Positions 1 to 8,697 of a stretch of 64,000 nt of DNA are shown piece after piece. The DNA lies in the NCBI GenBank assembly GCA_963780185.1, contig CAWABA010000010.1, positions 32,001 to 96,000 on the forward strand, given 5' to 3'. Under the pieces are notes generated by a model. It worked only from the letters and a program-made list of their open reading frames with translations. It did no database searches and had not been told where the DNA came from. Position numbers and translations under genes: made by a program. The stretch comes from Candidatus Bathyarchaeota archaeon. Lineage in GTDB: Archaea; Thermoproteota; Bathyarchaeia; Bathyarchaeales; Bathycorpusculaceae. Numbering within the stretch: the stretch's first letter is position 1; every line of letters starts with the position of its first letter.

Positions 1-893
1 GCTATTGTTATTCCGCCTTTTTCTTTAATCGCTTTAATCCCTTTGGCGCCGTCTGCACCCATGCCGGTTAAGACGACCCCCACGTTCTTCTTTTCATTTA
101 CCTGTGCCGTTGAAATCATAGTTACGTCAGCGGAAGGGCGGACAAAGTTAACTGGGGGATCCTTAGTCAATCTTATTTTTTTCTCTTTAGTCACAATCAT
201 ATGGAAACCTCCCGGGGCAAGGAGAGCAAGACCTTCTTGAATTGTATCGCCGTTTTCTGCTTCCTTTACTCTGAATTTGCATTTGCCGTTCAGGTCTTCA
301 GCGAAAAGTTTTGTTACCCCTGTGGGCATGTGCTGCACAATCAAGATACCTGGTACTTCCTTTGGAAGTATCTTTAGAACATTGGCAATTGCAGGCGGGC
401 CGCCTGTGGAAGCCGCTATCGTTATTATCTTTTCACTGGATTTAATTGAAGAACTCAAGTTTTCATGAATTCTCTTATCTGTTTGTATGATGTTAGCGCG
501 GGCCGCCGTTTTGATTTTCGAGATTAATTCGTCCTTTACTATTTGCATGTTGAGTGATATTGAACCTGATGGTTTAGCCACATAGTCAACCGCGCCATAT
601 TCCAATGCCTTCAACGAGGTTTGGGCTTCTGTTGGCGTCAAAGCGCTGATCATTACAATTGGCAAAGGACTCGTTTGCATAATTCTTTGAACTGCAGTTA
701 AACCATCCATCCGGGGCATTTCAATATCCATTGTAACAACATCAGGACGCAAACTAGCGATCTTCGAAAGTGCTTCTTCGCCGTCTCTTGCTGTCCCAAC
801 AACTGATATTTCTTGATCTGAATGCAGTATATCCTGAAGAATCTTCTGCATAAACAAGGAATCGTCAACGACAAGTAGCTTGATTTGACCCAT
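1..893 (-). CDS. cheB: Chemotaxis methylesterase CheB (runs off the left edge; absent from the ORF track)
   Basis: Manual translation from ATG 893: MGQIKLLVVDDSLFMQ...PDVVTMDIEMPRMDG receiver domain, then esterase motifs AASTGG, VQHMP, RPSAD, LTGMGADG. Confidence 0.96.
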   Translation of the reverse strand, partial: MGQIKLLVVDDSLFMQKILQDILHSDQEISVVGTARDGEEALSKIASLRPDVVTMDIEMPRMDGLTAVQRIMQTSPLPIVMISALTPTEAQTSLKALEYGAVDYVAKPSGSISLNMQIVKDELISKIKTAARANIIQTDKRIHENLSSSIKSSEKIITIAASTGGPPAIANVLKILPKEVPGILIVQHMPTGVTKLFAEDLNGKCKFRVKEAENGDTIQEGLALLAPGGFHMIVTKEKKIRLTKDPPVNFVRPSADVTMISTAQVNEKKNVGVVLTGMGADGAKGIKAIKEKGGITI

Positions 894-944
894 AAAGACC
901 ACAAATAGAAACAAGATGGACGAAGCGAATTGGAACTCCTGGAT

Positions 945-1460
945 TTACGGTTTCGGTTGGTTTTCCACGTGGATTTGGAAGCCTCTGGATTCTTCTTTCA
1001 AGTTTCCAGAGTTTTTTGATGCTACCTTTACGAAGTCTATGAGGATAATCAGTTCTTTGTCGTGTTTGGCTACGCCCAGTACTGCTTCGGATTTATCAAC
1101 AATCAAGCTTTCGGGGTTCGATTCTATGTCCTTTTTTGAAAGGGTCAGGACTTCCATAACTGAATCGACCATTACGCCAACGGGGTGTTTATCTTGTACA
1201 ATAATCATGATGTTTGTGTTTTCATCTTTTTTGTCGCCTAATCCGAAACGTTTCCGCAAGTCTATAACGGGGATTACTTCACCGCGAAGGTTTGTTATGC
1301 CCTTGACGTAATCAGGCGCATACGGGACAGGAGTTACTCCTTCAAAGTTTTTTACTTCCCGAACCTGATTAACATTAACGCCATACAAGACGTTGTCTAG
1401 CGTAAATGTCAGCATCTGTATTTCTTCAATTTGGCTTAATTGTTCGTTCATATTTGCCAT
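945..1460 (-). CDS. cheW: Chemotaxis coupling protein CheW
   Basis: VPYAPDYVKGITNLRGEVIPVIDLRKRF signature; che cluster context. Confidence 0.96.
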   Translation of the reverse strand: MANMNEQLSQIEEIQMLTFTLDNVLYGVNVNQVREVKNFEGVTPVPYAPDYVKGITNLRGEVIPVIDLRKRFGLGDKKDENTNIMIIVQDKHPVGVMVDSVMEVLTLSKKDIESNPESLIVDKSEAVLGVAKHDKELIILIDFVKVASKNSGNLKEESRGFQIHVENQPKP

Positions 1461-1584
1461 CCATTCTTCACCTAGGCTTTTGAATTTAGTTAATGGCTAT
1501 TCTGAAGTGTTATAAGTCGATTATGAAAAGCAAGTACATATTTGAAATTCTTATCTTAAATCGGGGAAAAATACCTATTAAAAA

Positions 1585-1929
1585 TTAGACTATGTAGCTT
1601 GCATTTCCAACGTACGGAAGCTGGTTTCTCAGCCAGTCCTCGCTCATGAGACACCATTTTGAGTCGGTTCCCTCTATTTGTAACACCATGATTAAGTCCA
1701 GCTTATCCAACTTCGCGTATTCTAGGAGTACATCATAGGTGCTTTGGTTTATTTCAATGTCTAAATCCTGAGATCCATTATCTGCCGCTCGTTTAGCATG
1801 GAAAACATCTCTGATTTTGTCAGCCCCTTCTTGAATTTGCACGTTGACACCGTTGACATAATATATTTTGTCGTTGTAGCTGAGGATGACGTTTCGTGCG
1901 TTCCCCGCTTTCACTTCGGTATGCTCCAA
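1585..1929 (-). CDS. Hypothetical protein (114 aa) inside the che cluster
   Basis: TTG start, globular-looking composition, co-oriented between cheA and cheW; no motif recognised. Confidence 0.7.
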   Translation of the reverse strand: MEHTEVKAGNARNVILSYNDKIYYVNGVNVQIQEGADKIRDVFHAKRAADNGSQDLDIEINQSTYDVLLEYAKLDKLDLIMVLQIEGTDSKWCLMSEDWLRNQLPYVGNASYIV

Positions 1930-2110
1930 TTCTCAAATCTCCCATAAACTACTGATTCGAGAGAACAATAAATGTGTCTTCCAAAGTCGGAACATTATGA
2001 ATTTCGATTGATACGAATTAATTTGTTGAAAATTACTAACGATACAGGCTTTCTTGGGAAAGCTACGAGAGTATCCATCGAGTAAAAGAGCAGCAAAAAT
2101 CGAGCAGGTA

Positions 2111-4165
2111 CTATGCTTCTACACTTACTCGTTTCTTAAGCACTTTATTTACTAATTGACCCACATCCAAAACCAAAACAACTTGGCCATCACCAAGGAT
2201 TGTTGCTCCGCTTATACCGCTGAGTCCAGCGAAGGTTTCAGTTAACGATTTAACCAATATATCTTGTTGCCGCAGGACTGAATCGACTACTAGACCCATT
2301 TTGGTGTTTTCGTCTCCAAGGTAGGTTATAAGGAGCTCAAGTTCCTCTTCGTTTGAGTCTGGAAGGCTTAAAAGTTGGTGCAGATGAACCATTGGAATTA
2401 CGCGGTCCCTCACAATTATAGCGTTAGTTTTTCCCAGCGACTTGACATCGTTTCTTTTGACTCGAACGATTTCTGAAACTTGGTTTGTGGGTATGGCGAA
2501 CGTCTGTGTTGTATCTGTAACTAGAATTGCCTGAATAATTGCCAATGTTATCGGAAGTTTGATTACGGTTTTTGTTCCAGTTCCGATTTGGCTATCAACG
2601 TGAACGGTGCCGCCTAACGCGGAGATCTTTGTTTTAACGACGTCCATGCCAACGCCTCTTCCACTTGTCTCAGTAACCACTTTTGCGGTTGAGAAACCAG
2701 GGAGGAAAATAAGGTTGATTATTTGTTCTTCACTCATTTTTTCCAGTTCCGCTTGGCTTGCAAATCCCTTTTTGATAGCTGATTCTCTTATTTTCTTAGG
2801 GTCAATTCCGGCTCCATCATCTCGCACGTTGATTATCACGTGGTTGCCATTTCTCTGAGCTGAAAGCTTGATTGTCCCTGTTTCATTCTTGCCTGATTTT
2901 TTTCTGTCTTCAGGCGTTTCTATGCCATGGTCAACGCTGTTTCTGAGTAAGTGAATTAGAGGTTCTCCAATTTCATCAAGGACTGTTCGGTCAACTTCTA
3001 TGTCTCTTCCTTCCATGACCAAATCGATTTTCTTGCCTTCTTTCATCGATAAATCTCGGATAAGCCTTGGGAAGCGGTCGAAGATTTGGCTTATTGGAAC
3101 CATGCGTACTTGCATAACAAGGTCCTGCAAATCTGCTGTCAAGCGGTCGATGTTCTCAGTTATGCGTTTCAATGAGTCGTTTCGGCTGTCTGCCGTTACT
3201 TGGAGAAGAGCGATTTTGTTGATTACTAGCTCGCCTGCCCAGTTCATCAGTTTGTCCAATTGGTCAAACTTTACGCGTACGGTCTGTGTTGCTTGTTGGT
3301 CAGGGAGGACTTTTGTGATTTTTTTGTCTTCGATCGTTATCACGTAGTTGTTTTGAGGCTGCAGTTCATTTGGAATCTCTTTGCTGGACGAAACAGGACC
3401 GTTAAGGGACGAAATGCTGACGTTCTCTACTTCAAGAACATCCTTGGCGCATTTCTCGATAGTTTTTTCGTCGAATTTGCTGGTTAACACCAGTTTGAAG
3501 CCTTGGCTGAGGTTTTGTTCGTCAATTTCTTGATTGGCTGGAATGGTCTTGACTATTTTGGCAACATCAAGAATTTTGTCTAGGACCATGCCCGCTCGGA
3601 CGGTTTTGAAGTTACAATCATTGCTAAATTTAAGATTGATAACAAAACATTGTTCTCCAGCCAATTCTGCCTGCTGCAAAATACATTTTTCGTTCTCATT
3701 AAATTCAAAGTCACCATTCTTACGTTCTAACGACTTGGCAGTTTTCTTTTTGGCTGGCTTTGCATTTTTCGGTTCAGAATTTGCCAATTGCAGTTTATTT
3801 TTGAATGACTCAACCTTGATTTCTCCTTCGATTTTGTTCTGAATGTTTTCCAGTCGTTGCGATAAAGCGTCTACGCATTCCAGAATTGCGCTGGTTAGAT
3901 TGCTGGATAGTTGTTTGCCTTTTCGCATGTCGTCGAATACGTCTTCCATGCTATGGGTAAGTTCTTGAAAATCCTTGAAGCCCATCATGCCGGATGAACC
4001 CTTCAGCGTGTGGGCAGACCTGAAAAGCATGTTGATAACCTCTTGGTTTTCAGGTTCTTTTTCCAAAATCAACATAGACTTAGTTATTGAATCAATATGT
4101 TCCTTGGCCTCTTCTATGAATAACTGCCGATATTGATCATTGTCTAACGACAATCCACATTTCAC
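2111..4165 (-). CDS. cheA: Chemotaxis histidine kinase CheA
   Basis: HPt FRSAHTLKGSS; HLLRNSVDHGIE, DDGAGID and SGRGVGMDVVK ATPase boxes; C-terminal CheW-like domain. Confidence 0.98.
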   Translation of the reverse strand: MKCGLSLDNDQYRQLFIEEAKEHIDSITKSMLILEKEPENQEVINMLFRSAHTLKGSSGMMGFKDFQELTHSMEDVFDDMRKGKQLSSNLTSAILECVDALSQRLENIQNKIEGEIKVESFKNKLQLANSEPKNAKPAKKKTAKSLERKNGDFEFNENEKCILQQAELAGEQCFVINLKFSNDCNFKTVRAGMVLDKILDVAKIVKTIPANQEIDEQNLSQGFKLVLTSKFDEKTIEKCAKDVLEVENVSISSLNGPVSSSKEIPNELQPQNNYVITIEDKKITKVLPDQQATQTVRVKFDQLDKLMNWAGELVINKIALLQVTADSRNDSLKRITENIDRLTADLQDLVMQVRMVPISQIFDRFPRLIRDLSMKEGKKIDLVMEGRDIEVDRTVLDEIGEPLIHLLRNSVDHGIETPEDRKKSGKNETGTIKLSAQRNGNHVIINVRDDGAGIDPKKIRESAIKKGFASQAELEKMSEEQIINLIFLPGFSTAKVVTETSGRGVGMDVVKTKISALGGTVHVDSQIGTGTKTVIKLPITLAIIQAILVTDTTQTFAIPTNQVSEIVRVKRNDVKSLGKTNAIIVRDRVIPMVHLHQLLSLPDSNEEELELLITYLGDENTKMGLVVDSVLRQQDILVKSLTETFAGLSGISGATILGDGQVVLVLDVGQLVNKVLKKRVSVEA

Positions 4166-4267
4166 CTTTATTGACTAGCCATATCCTTACCCGGCCATGT
4201 AGATGCAACAATCTGCTGCGACAGAGGTAATTTGTTATGGTGTGTCTCTCCCAAGACGCTCATAGCC

Positions 4268-5161
4268 TCAATTTGCCAATTTTAAGGGCTCATTTGCTTT
4301 CAGAGGTTTTCGGTAAACTCTGGTCAATTGATCCACGGGCAAGAATTTTGTTGCGGGTTCACCGCTTAATATTTCTGATTTTCCAGTGATGAAGTATCCT
4401 CCGCTTTTCAACGCTCTGTAGAAGTTCATGTGAATTTGTTGTTGGCTTTCCTTTGAGAAATATATCATTACGTTTCTGCACAGAATAAGATCCAGATTCT
4501 GATGTAACGGGGGAGTCATCAAATCAAATTCATGAAAGTGAATAATTTGCTTGACAAAATCCTTTATCTTATAAATTTCCCCTTCTTTACTGAAAAACTC
4601 GTCAAGTAAACCCGAGTCTAGACTGTTCAGTTGCCTCGAGATATACTCAGCCTTTGCCGCGTGAGATAACGCGTCTTTGTCAATATCCGAAGCATAGATG
4701 ATTACGGGATGATTGACTAATGATTCTTTAAGTGATTTACGTACCAAAATCGCTAAGGAGTACGGTTCTTCCCCCGAAGCGCAGCCTGCACTCCAAATTC
4801 TTGTGGGATTTGATGACTGAAAAATTTTCGGCAGCAACACCTTTTCAAGGTAATTGTAAACGTCGGTGTCCCTAAAGAACATCGTAAAGTTAATCGTCAA
4901 ATCATTAAGCAAGCTTTTGAATTCGTCAGGATTTTTCTTTAAGTAAACAAGGTACTTGCCATAGGTGAGGGCGCCTGTTGCTCTTAATCTGATTGTGAAG
5001 CGTCTCTTTAGAAATTCTTCTCGGTAACCAGAACAGTTTACACCAGCGTTATCAAGCAGCATTTTTTTTAATTTTTGAAAAGCTATTTTCTCCAAGAAGT
5101 CTGGGACCGAATCTGTTTTAACAGGCTGTTCTGTCAAAGTTTTCTTTACCTCAGTCAACAT
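4268..5161 (-). CDS. cheR: Chemotaxis methyltransferase CheR
   Basis: TINFTMFFRD, RIWSAGCASGEEPYSLA, DLILCRNVMIYF. Confidence 0.97.
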   Translation of the reverse strand: MLTEVKKTLTEQPVKTDSVPDFLEKIAFQKLKKMLLDNAGVNCSGYREEFLKRRFTIRLRATGALTYGKYLVYLKKNPDEFKSLLNDLTINFTMFFRDTDVYNYLEKVLLPKIFQSSNPTRIWSAGCASGEEPYSLAILVRKSLKESLVNHPVIIYASDIDKDALSHAAKAEYISRQLNSLDSGLLDEFFSKEGEIYKIKDFVKQIIHFHEFDLMTPPLHQNLDLILCRNVMIYFSKESQQQIHMNFYRALKSGGYFITGKSEILSGEPATKFLPVDQLTRVYRKPLKANEPLKLAN

Positions 5162-5170
5162 CTCTAACTA

Positions 5171-5848
5171 TCACGGGTTACTCAAATCAAGTTGGGTTTT
5201 TGATTTTTGAGCAAGTAGGTCCTTTAGTTCTTGGCTTGGGAAAATCATCAACATAGACCGAGCATCCTCGCCTGGACGTTTGAAGCGTGTTTCAAAAATC
5301 AAAGCGTTCTCAGAAAACATCGATTGTTTAATGAGGAAACTGTCGACGATGGCGTCAAAAGAATCTATCGTACTTTGAGGAGTCGATGGCAGAAGGGGTA
5401 AACCGACAAAGTCCGAGATTGCAGTTAAGAATGAACCGATCAAAATGTTAGCAAGTTCATGGATGGCTGATGTCTCCATGGCGGGATCAACTTCTTCGAT
5501 TGACGCTGCTGACGTCATCATTTTCACGATCTTTTTTGCTTCCGTCAGTTCGAACATCAATAAAATATCGCATCCATGCGTTTCCGATAGCTGCAGATAA
5601 ATGCCTATGGCTGGCATGTCATGCAAGTTATAGAATTTGGGAACTAAATGAGCTTTCATAGTGTTAGTTGTTGGTACATCTATCGCGATTGGCTGTTGAA
5701 GTACGTCCGATAGAGCCGTGGCTGCATGCCCTGCTCCTATGCTTCCAAGCTCCAAGAGAATGCTTAAATCAATATCTTGATCGCCAGGAAGCTTGAGTGC
5801 TTTTTGCACATTTGATTCAGTTTTTTCGATGTTCATTTGGTTTCTCAT
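5171..5848 (-). CDS. cheC: CheY-P phosphatase CheC
   Basis: ELGSIGAGHAATALS and SAIHELANILIGS repeats (first ExxN is ExxS); overlaps the cheD stop. Confidence 0.9.
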   Translation of the reverse strand: MRNQMNIEKTESNVQKALKLPGDQDIDLSILLELGSIGAGHAATALSDVLQQPIAIDVPTTNTMKAHLVPKFYNLHDMPAIGIYLQLSETHGCDILLMFELTEAKKIVKMMTSAASIEEVDPAMETSAIHELANILIGSFLTAISDFVGLPLLPSTPQSTIDSFDAIVDSFLIKQSMFSENALIFETRFKRPGEDARSMLMIFPSQELKDLLAQKSKTQLDLSNP

Positions 5849-6333
5849 AGTTCTTTGACTTCTCCATTATGATGTCGTACAACTGTTTTACCTGAGGCAA
5901 CATTGAACGATATTCTTCGCCCCATGAAACCCCCTACGTCCTCAGCCGCCAACCTTATCCTGTGCTCGGCTAACGCAGTCTTGACTGCCCTAATATTTTT
6001 GCCGCCTATGTCTAAATGGTTGGGGCCTAAATTCGCGAACATGTTAGCGCCTCCAGCGATTTTAGCTGAAAGACGGGTTTGCTTTCCGTTAATTGCGTAT
6101 ATCGCGTTTATGAGGGCTGGGACTGCGGTGTTGGCAAACTTTGATGGAAGAGGTTCTTGTGCGCCATGTGCAGAGGTTGGAAGCATCACGTGAGCTAACC
6201 CCCCACATTTATGTACTGGATCATGCAGGCAGATTGCTACGCATGACCCAACACTTGTCAATAGCTCAACTGGTTTGCTTTCAACCTTCATATCTGCCAT
6301 GTCCACTCGAACCTCTTCCACCGTTGAATCCAT
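5845..6333 (-). CDS. cheD: Chemoreceptor glutamine deamidase CheD
   Basis: VGSCVAICL, GGLAHVMLP, AKIAGGANMF, EDVGG; start placed at ATG 6333 (MDSTVEE). Confidence 0.95.
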   Translation of the reverse strand: MDSTVEEVRVDMADMKVESKPVELLTSVGSCVAICLHDPVHKCGGLAHVMLPTSAHGAQEPLPSKFANTAVPALINAIYAINGKQTRLSAKIAGGANMFANLGPNHLDIGGKNIRAVKTALAEHRIRLAAEDVGGFMGRRISFNVASGKTVVRHHNGEVKEL

Positions 6334-6472
6334 GTCAGCGGTTATCACAGGGCATGTTTCTAGCCCCAACTGTTGGTAGGCCAATACCAGGCTGCTTCCT
6401 CTTCCATGCGGCATGTTGAACCATGCTCTTCTACGCGTTTGCGTCGGGAGAAGAGAAAGCACACAGTACGCC

Positions 6473-6829
6473 TCAACAGTACTTCGAAAGTGCTTCAATT
6501 ACCTTCTGAGACTGGAAGGGCTTAATAACGAAATCTTTCGCACCTGACTTTATTGCTTCAGCAATCAACGACTGTTGACCCATAGAACTGCACATAATAA
6601 CCTTCGCCGACGGATCAGCTGCAACAATCTGCTTGAGCGCCTCAATACCATCTTTCGCTTTAGGCCCAGGAGGCATAATTATGTCCATAAGCACCAAATC
6701 CGGCTTCGACTGCTGAAACTGGCTAATAGCATCATCTCCATTTGCCGCTTCAGCAATAACCTCATGACCCGCCTGCAAGACTATTTTCTTAAGCACCGCT
6801 CTCATAAACGAAGCGTCATCAACTATCAT
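6473..6829 (-). CDS. cheY: Response regulator CheY (start uncertain)
   Basis: MIVDDASFMR, PDLVLMDIIMP, CSSMGQ, DFVIKPF; Bacillus/archaeal-type CheY. Confidence 0.93.
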   Translation of the reverse strand: MIVDDASFMRAVLKKIVLQAGHEVIAEAANGDDAISQFQQSKPDLVLMDIIMPPGPKAKDGIEALKQIVAADPSAKVIMCSSMGQQSLIAEAIKSGAKDFVIKPFQSQKVIEALSKYC

Positions 6830-7256
6830 TATAGTACCCGTTTTGTTCGCCCCTATCTTAAGATTTACGAAACTAAATAAAAGCGTTATGTAGTAGCACA
6901 CCATACCAATATACAATATTACGAAGCAATAAACAGAAACAAAAGGCGGACCATTTTTAAGATTCTGCAGAATACGCGAACATAGACGAAAAAGTTATCT
7001 TGAATTGACTCAGAAAGATTTTCAGCGGACCTTTGAATTCCTAGATTTATCAGCCGTCTGAGATGCTTGTCCTTTCGGTTTGTATAAACGGAAAAAAAAT
7101 AATGTTAGTGTCTGAAAAGGTAAAAAAAGGGTTGATGTATTTGATATGCTTTTCCCGAAAGATTCTCTGTTTGGACTTGGAATCCTTTGGTGTCGTCTTT
7201 CTGAAGCGAAGTAGCCCATGCGTAATCAATAAACCCCAAAGCGCGAAGGCTTCACA

Positions 7257-8282
7257 CTACTGTTGCTTGTTGAAGACAGCCTCGATGATTCTTCTAACAT
7301 CCGCCTGAACCTCCACGTTGTCGCTGGTTAACCCGATTATGGTTTCTTCAGCCGCCGTAACCGCGGTCATGCCATCGAAAACCAGCATCCCCCAATTAAT
7401 CAAGTCACCCAAAGAAGGCCCGTAGGGCAAATCACCAGACTTGTATTGCCTGCGAAGCTCCGCGCCTGCTTGGATGATTTTGTAAGCCGTGTCCTGGTCG
7501 ATTTTGGTTCTTTTCTTTAGCATGTCGACTTCGTGGGGTGAGATGGTTTCGCCTACGCTGAGGAAATCGAAGTTTATCCACACAGCCATGCGGCGTCTCA
7601 TGGCGGCGTTCAGGGGTTTGGTGCCTGAGAACTCGGCGGTGGCAGGGTTCATGCTGATGATCATGTAGCCGTATTTGTGGCGTTCGATGACTTCGCTGTC
7701 TTTCTCGTTCAAAACAAGGTGACCACGAGTATCCAAAACAGGATTCAACCGAGTCGCCACATCCTGCTTCATCATGTTAGCCTCATCCAAATACATAATC
7801 CCACCCTTACGCAACCACTGAGTCAACAAACCATCAACCCAATTCTCCTTACCCAAACCAATAAACCAACCAATCAAATCAAAAGAAGACGTAGACAAAC
7901 CACAATTAACCTCCCAAATCGGCAAACCAGTCAACTCAGCAACCAAATAGACAATGTGGGTCTTGCCTGTGCCTGACGGCCCAATTAAGCTGCACTGCTT
8001 GAAATAATACATCGCCCGCACAATACGTTCAACATAATGCTGCCCATGATCAAGATACTCGGGCGTGCCTTTAGGAATCATGTCATCCAAATGAGCAAAA
8101 CTAAAGTTCGGATGAAGATCATACTTCTGGATGGCGTACTTCTCGTAAAGAGGAGACTTAGACATCGGACGCTCCTTATCCAAAGAAACCGTAACTTTGA
8201 ACTTGTCCTCCTTATGCGAAGAAACCTCCTGAACCCTACTAACGTCACCCTTTTCTTTTAGCCCCTGATGCCCATAACTCAT
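7257..8282 (-). CDS. MoxR-clade AAA+ ATPase (CbbQ/NirQ/NorQ/GvpN-like)
   Basis: Walker A GPSGTGKT, Walker B YLDEAN, sensor SMNP, GTKPLNAAMRRR. Confidence 0.88.
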   Translation of the reverse strand: MSYGHQGLKEKGDVSRVQEVSSHKEDKFKVTVSLDKERPMSKSPLYEKYAIQKYDLHPNFSFAHLDDMIPKGTPEYLDHGQHYVERIVRAMYYFKQCSLIGPSGTGKTHIVYLVAELTGLPIWEVNCGLSTSSFDLIGWFIGLGKENWVDGLLTQWLRKGGIMYLDEANMMKQDVATRLNPVLDTRGHLVLNEKDSEVIERHKYGYMIISMNPATAEFSGTKPLNAAMRRRMAVWINFDFLSVGETISPHEVDMLKKRTKIDQDTAYKIIQAGAELRRQYKSGDLPYGPSLGDLINWGMLVFDGMTAVTAAEETIIGLTSDNVEVQADVRRIIEAVFNKQQ

Positions 8283-8697
8283 AAATGATCTTCTACCACT
8301 CGCTTTTTAAAAACGGATAAATAAATATTGTGTATTGTGAATTGGTAGTCGATATACTCTAAACTGCAAAAACTTCGAAACAAAAAGAGCCAATGGTAAA
8401 AAGAACATGAAACATAGATTTCAACGGCCACTTGGGGCTGTTTGCTCTGCGCCCATCACACATTCGAAGCTTACACAGATCCTAAGGGTGGGGGCGGCTC
8501 AGTGGTCGGGGAAGGAGCGAAGTTGAAGCCAGGTCTTTGAGCTGTAAAAAAGTGTTGAGTCAACTGGCAGTTGCCTTTGAATCCAGTGCTAAAATGTGGG
8601 GGGACAGCGAATTGATAAACTTCAACGTCTCTGCTATGGTTCACGTGAGCTTCCTCCATCCAAAAGAATTCAAAGACGGGCGTGGTTAGCTTTTAGT

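Noticed and set aside
43-8261. Many plus-strand ORFs overlapping the che and ATPase genes, and similar antisense ORFs across the window
   Set aside because: Shadow frames of well-supported genes on the opposite strand
8471-8659. 62-aa minus-strand ORF, and a tRNA-like GGCTCAGTGG on the plus strand
   Set aside because: No cloverleaf or T-loop can be built; the ORF has no recognisable motif
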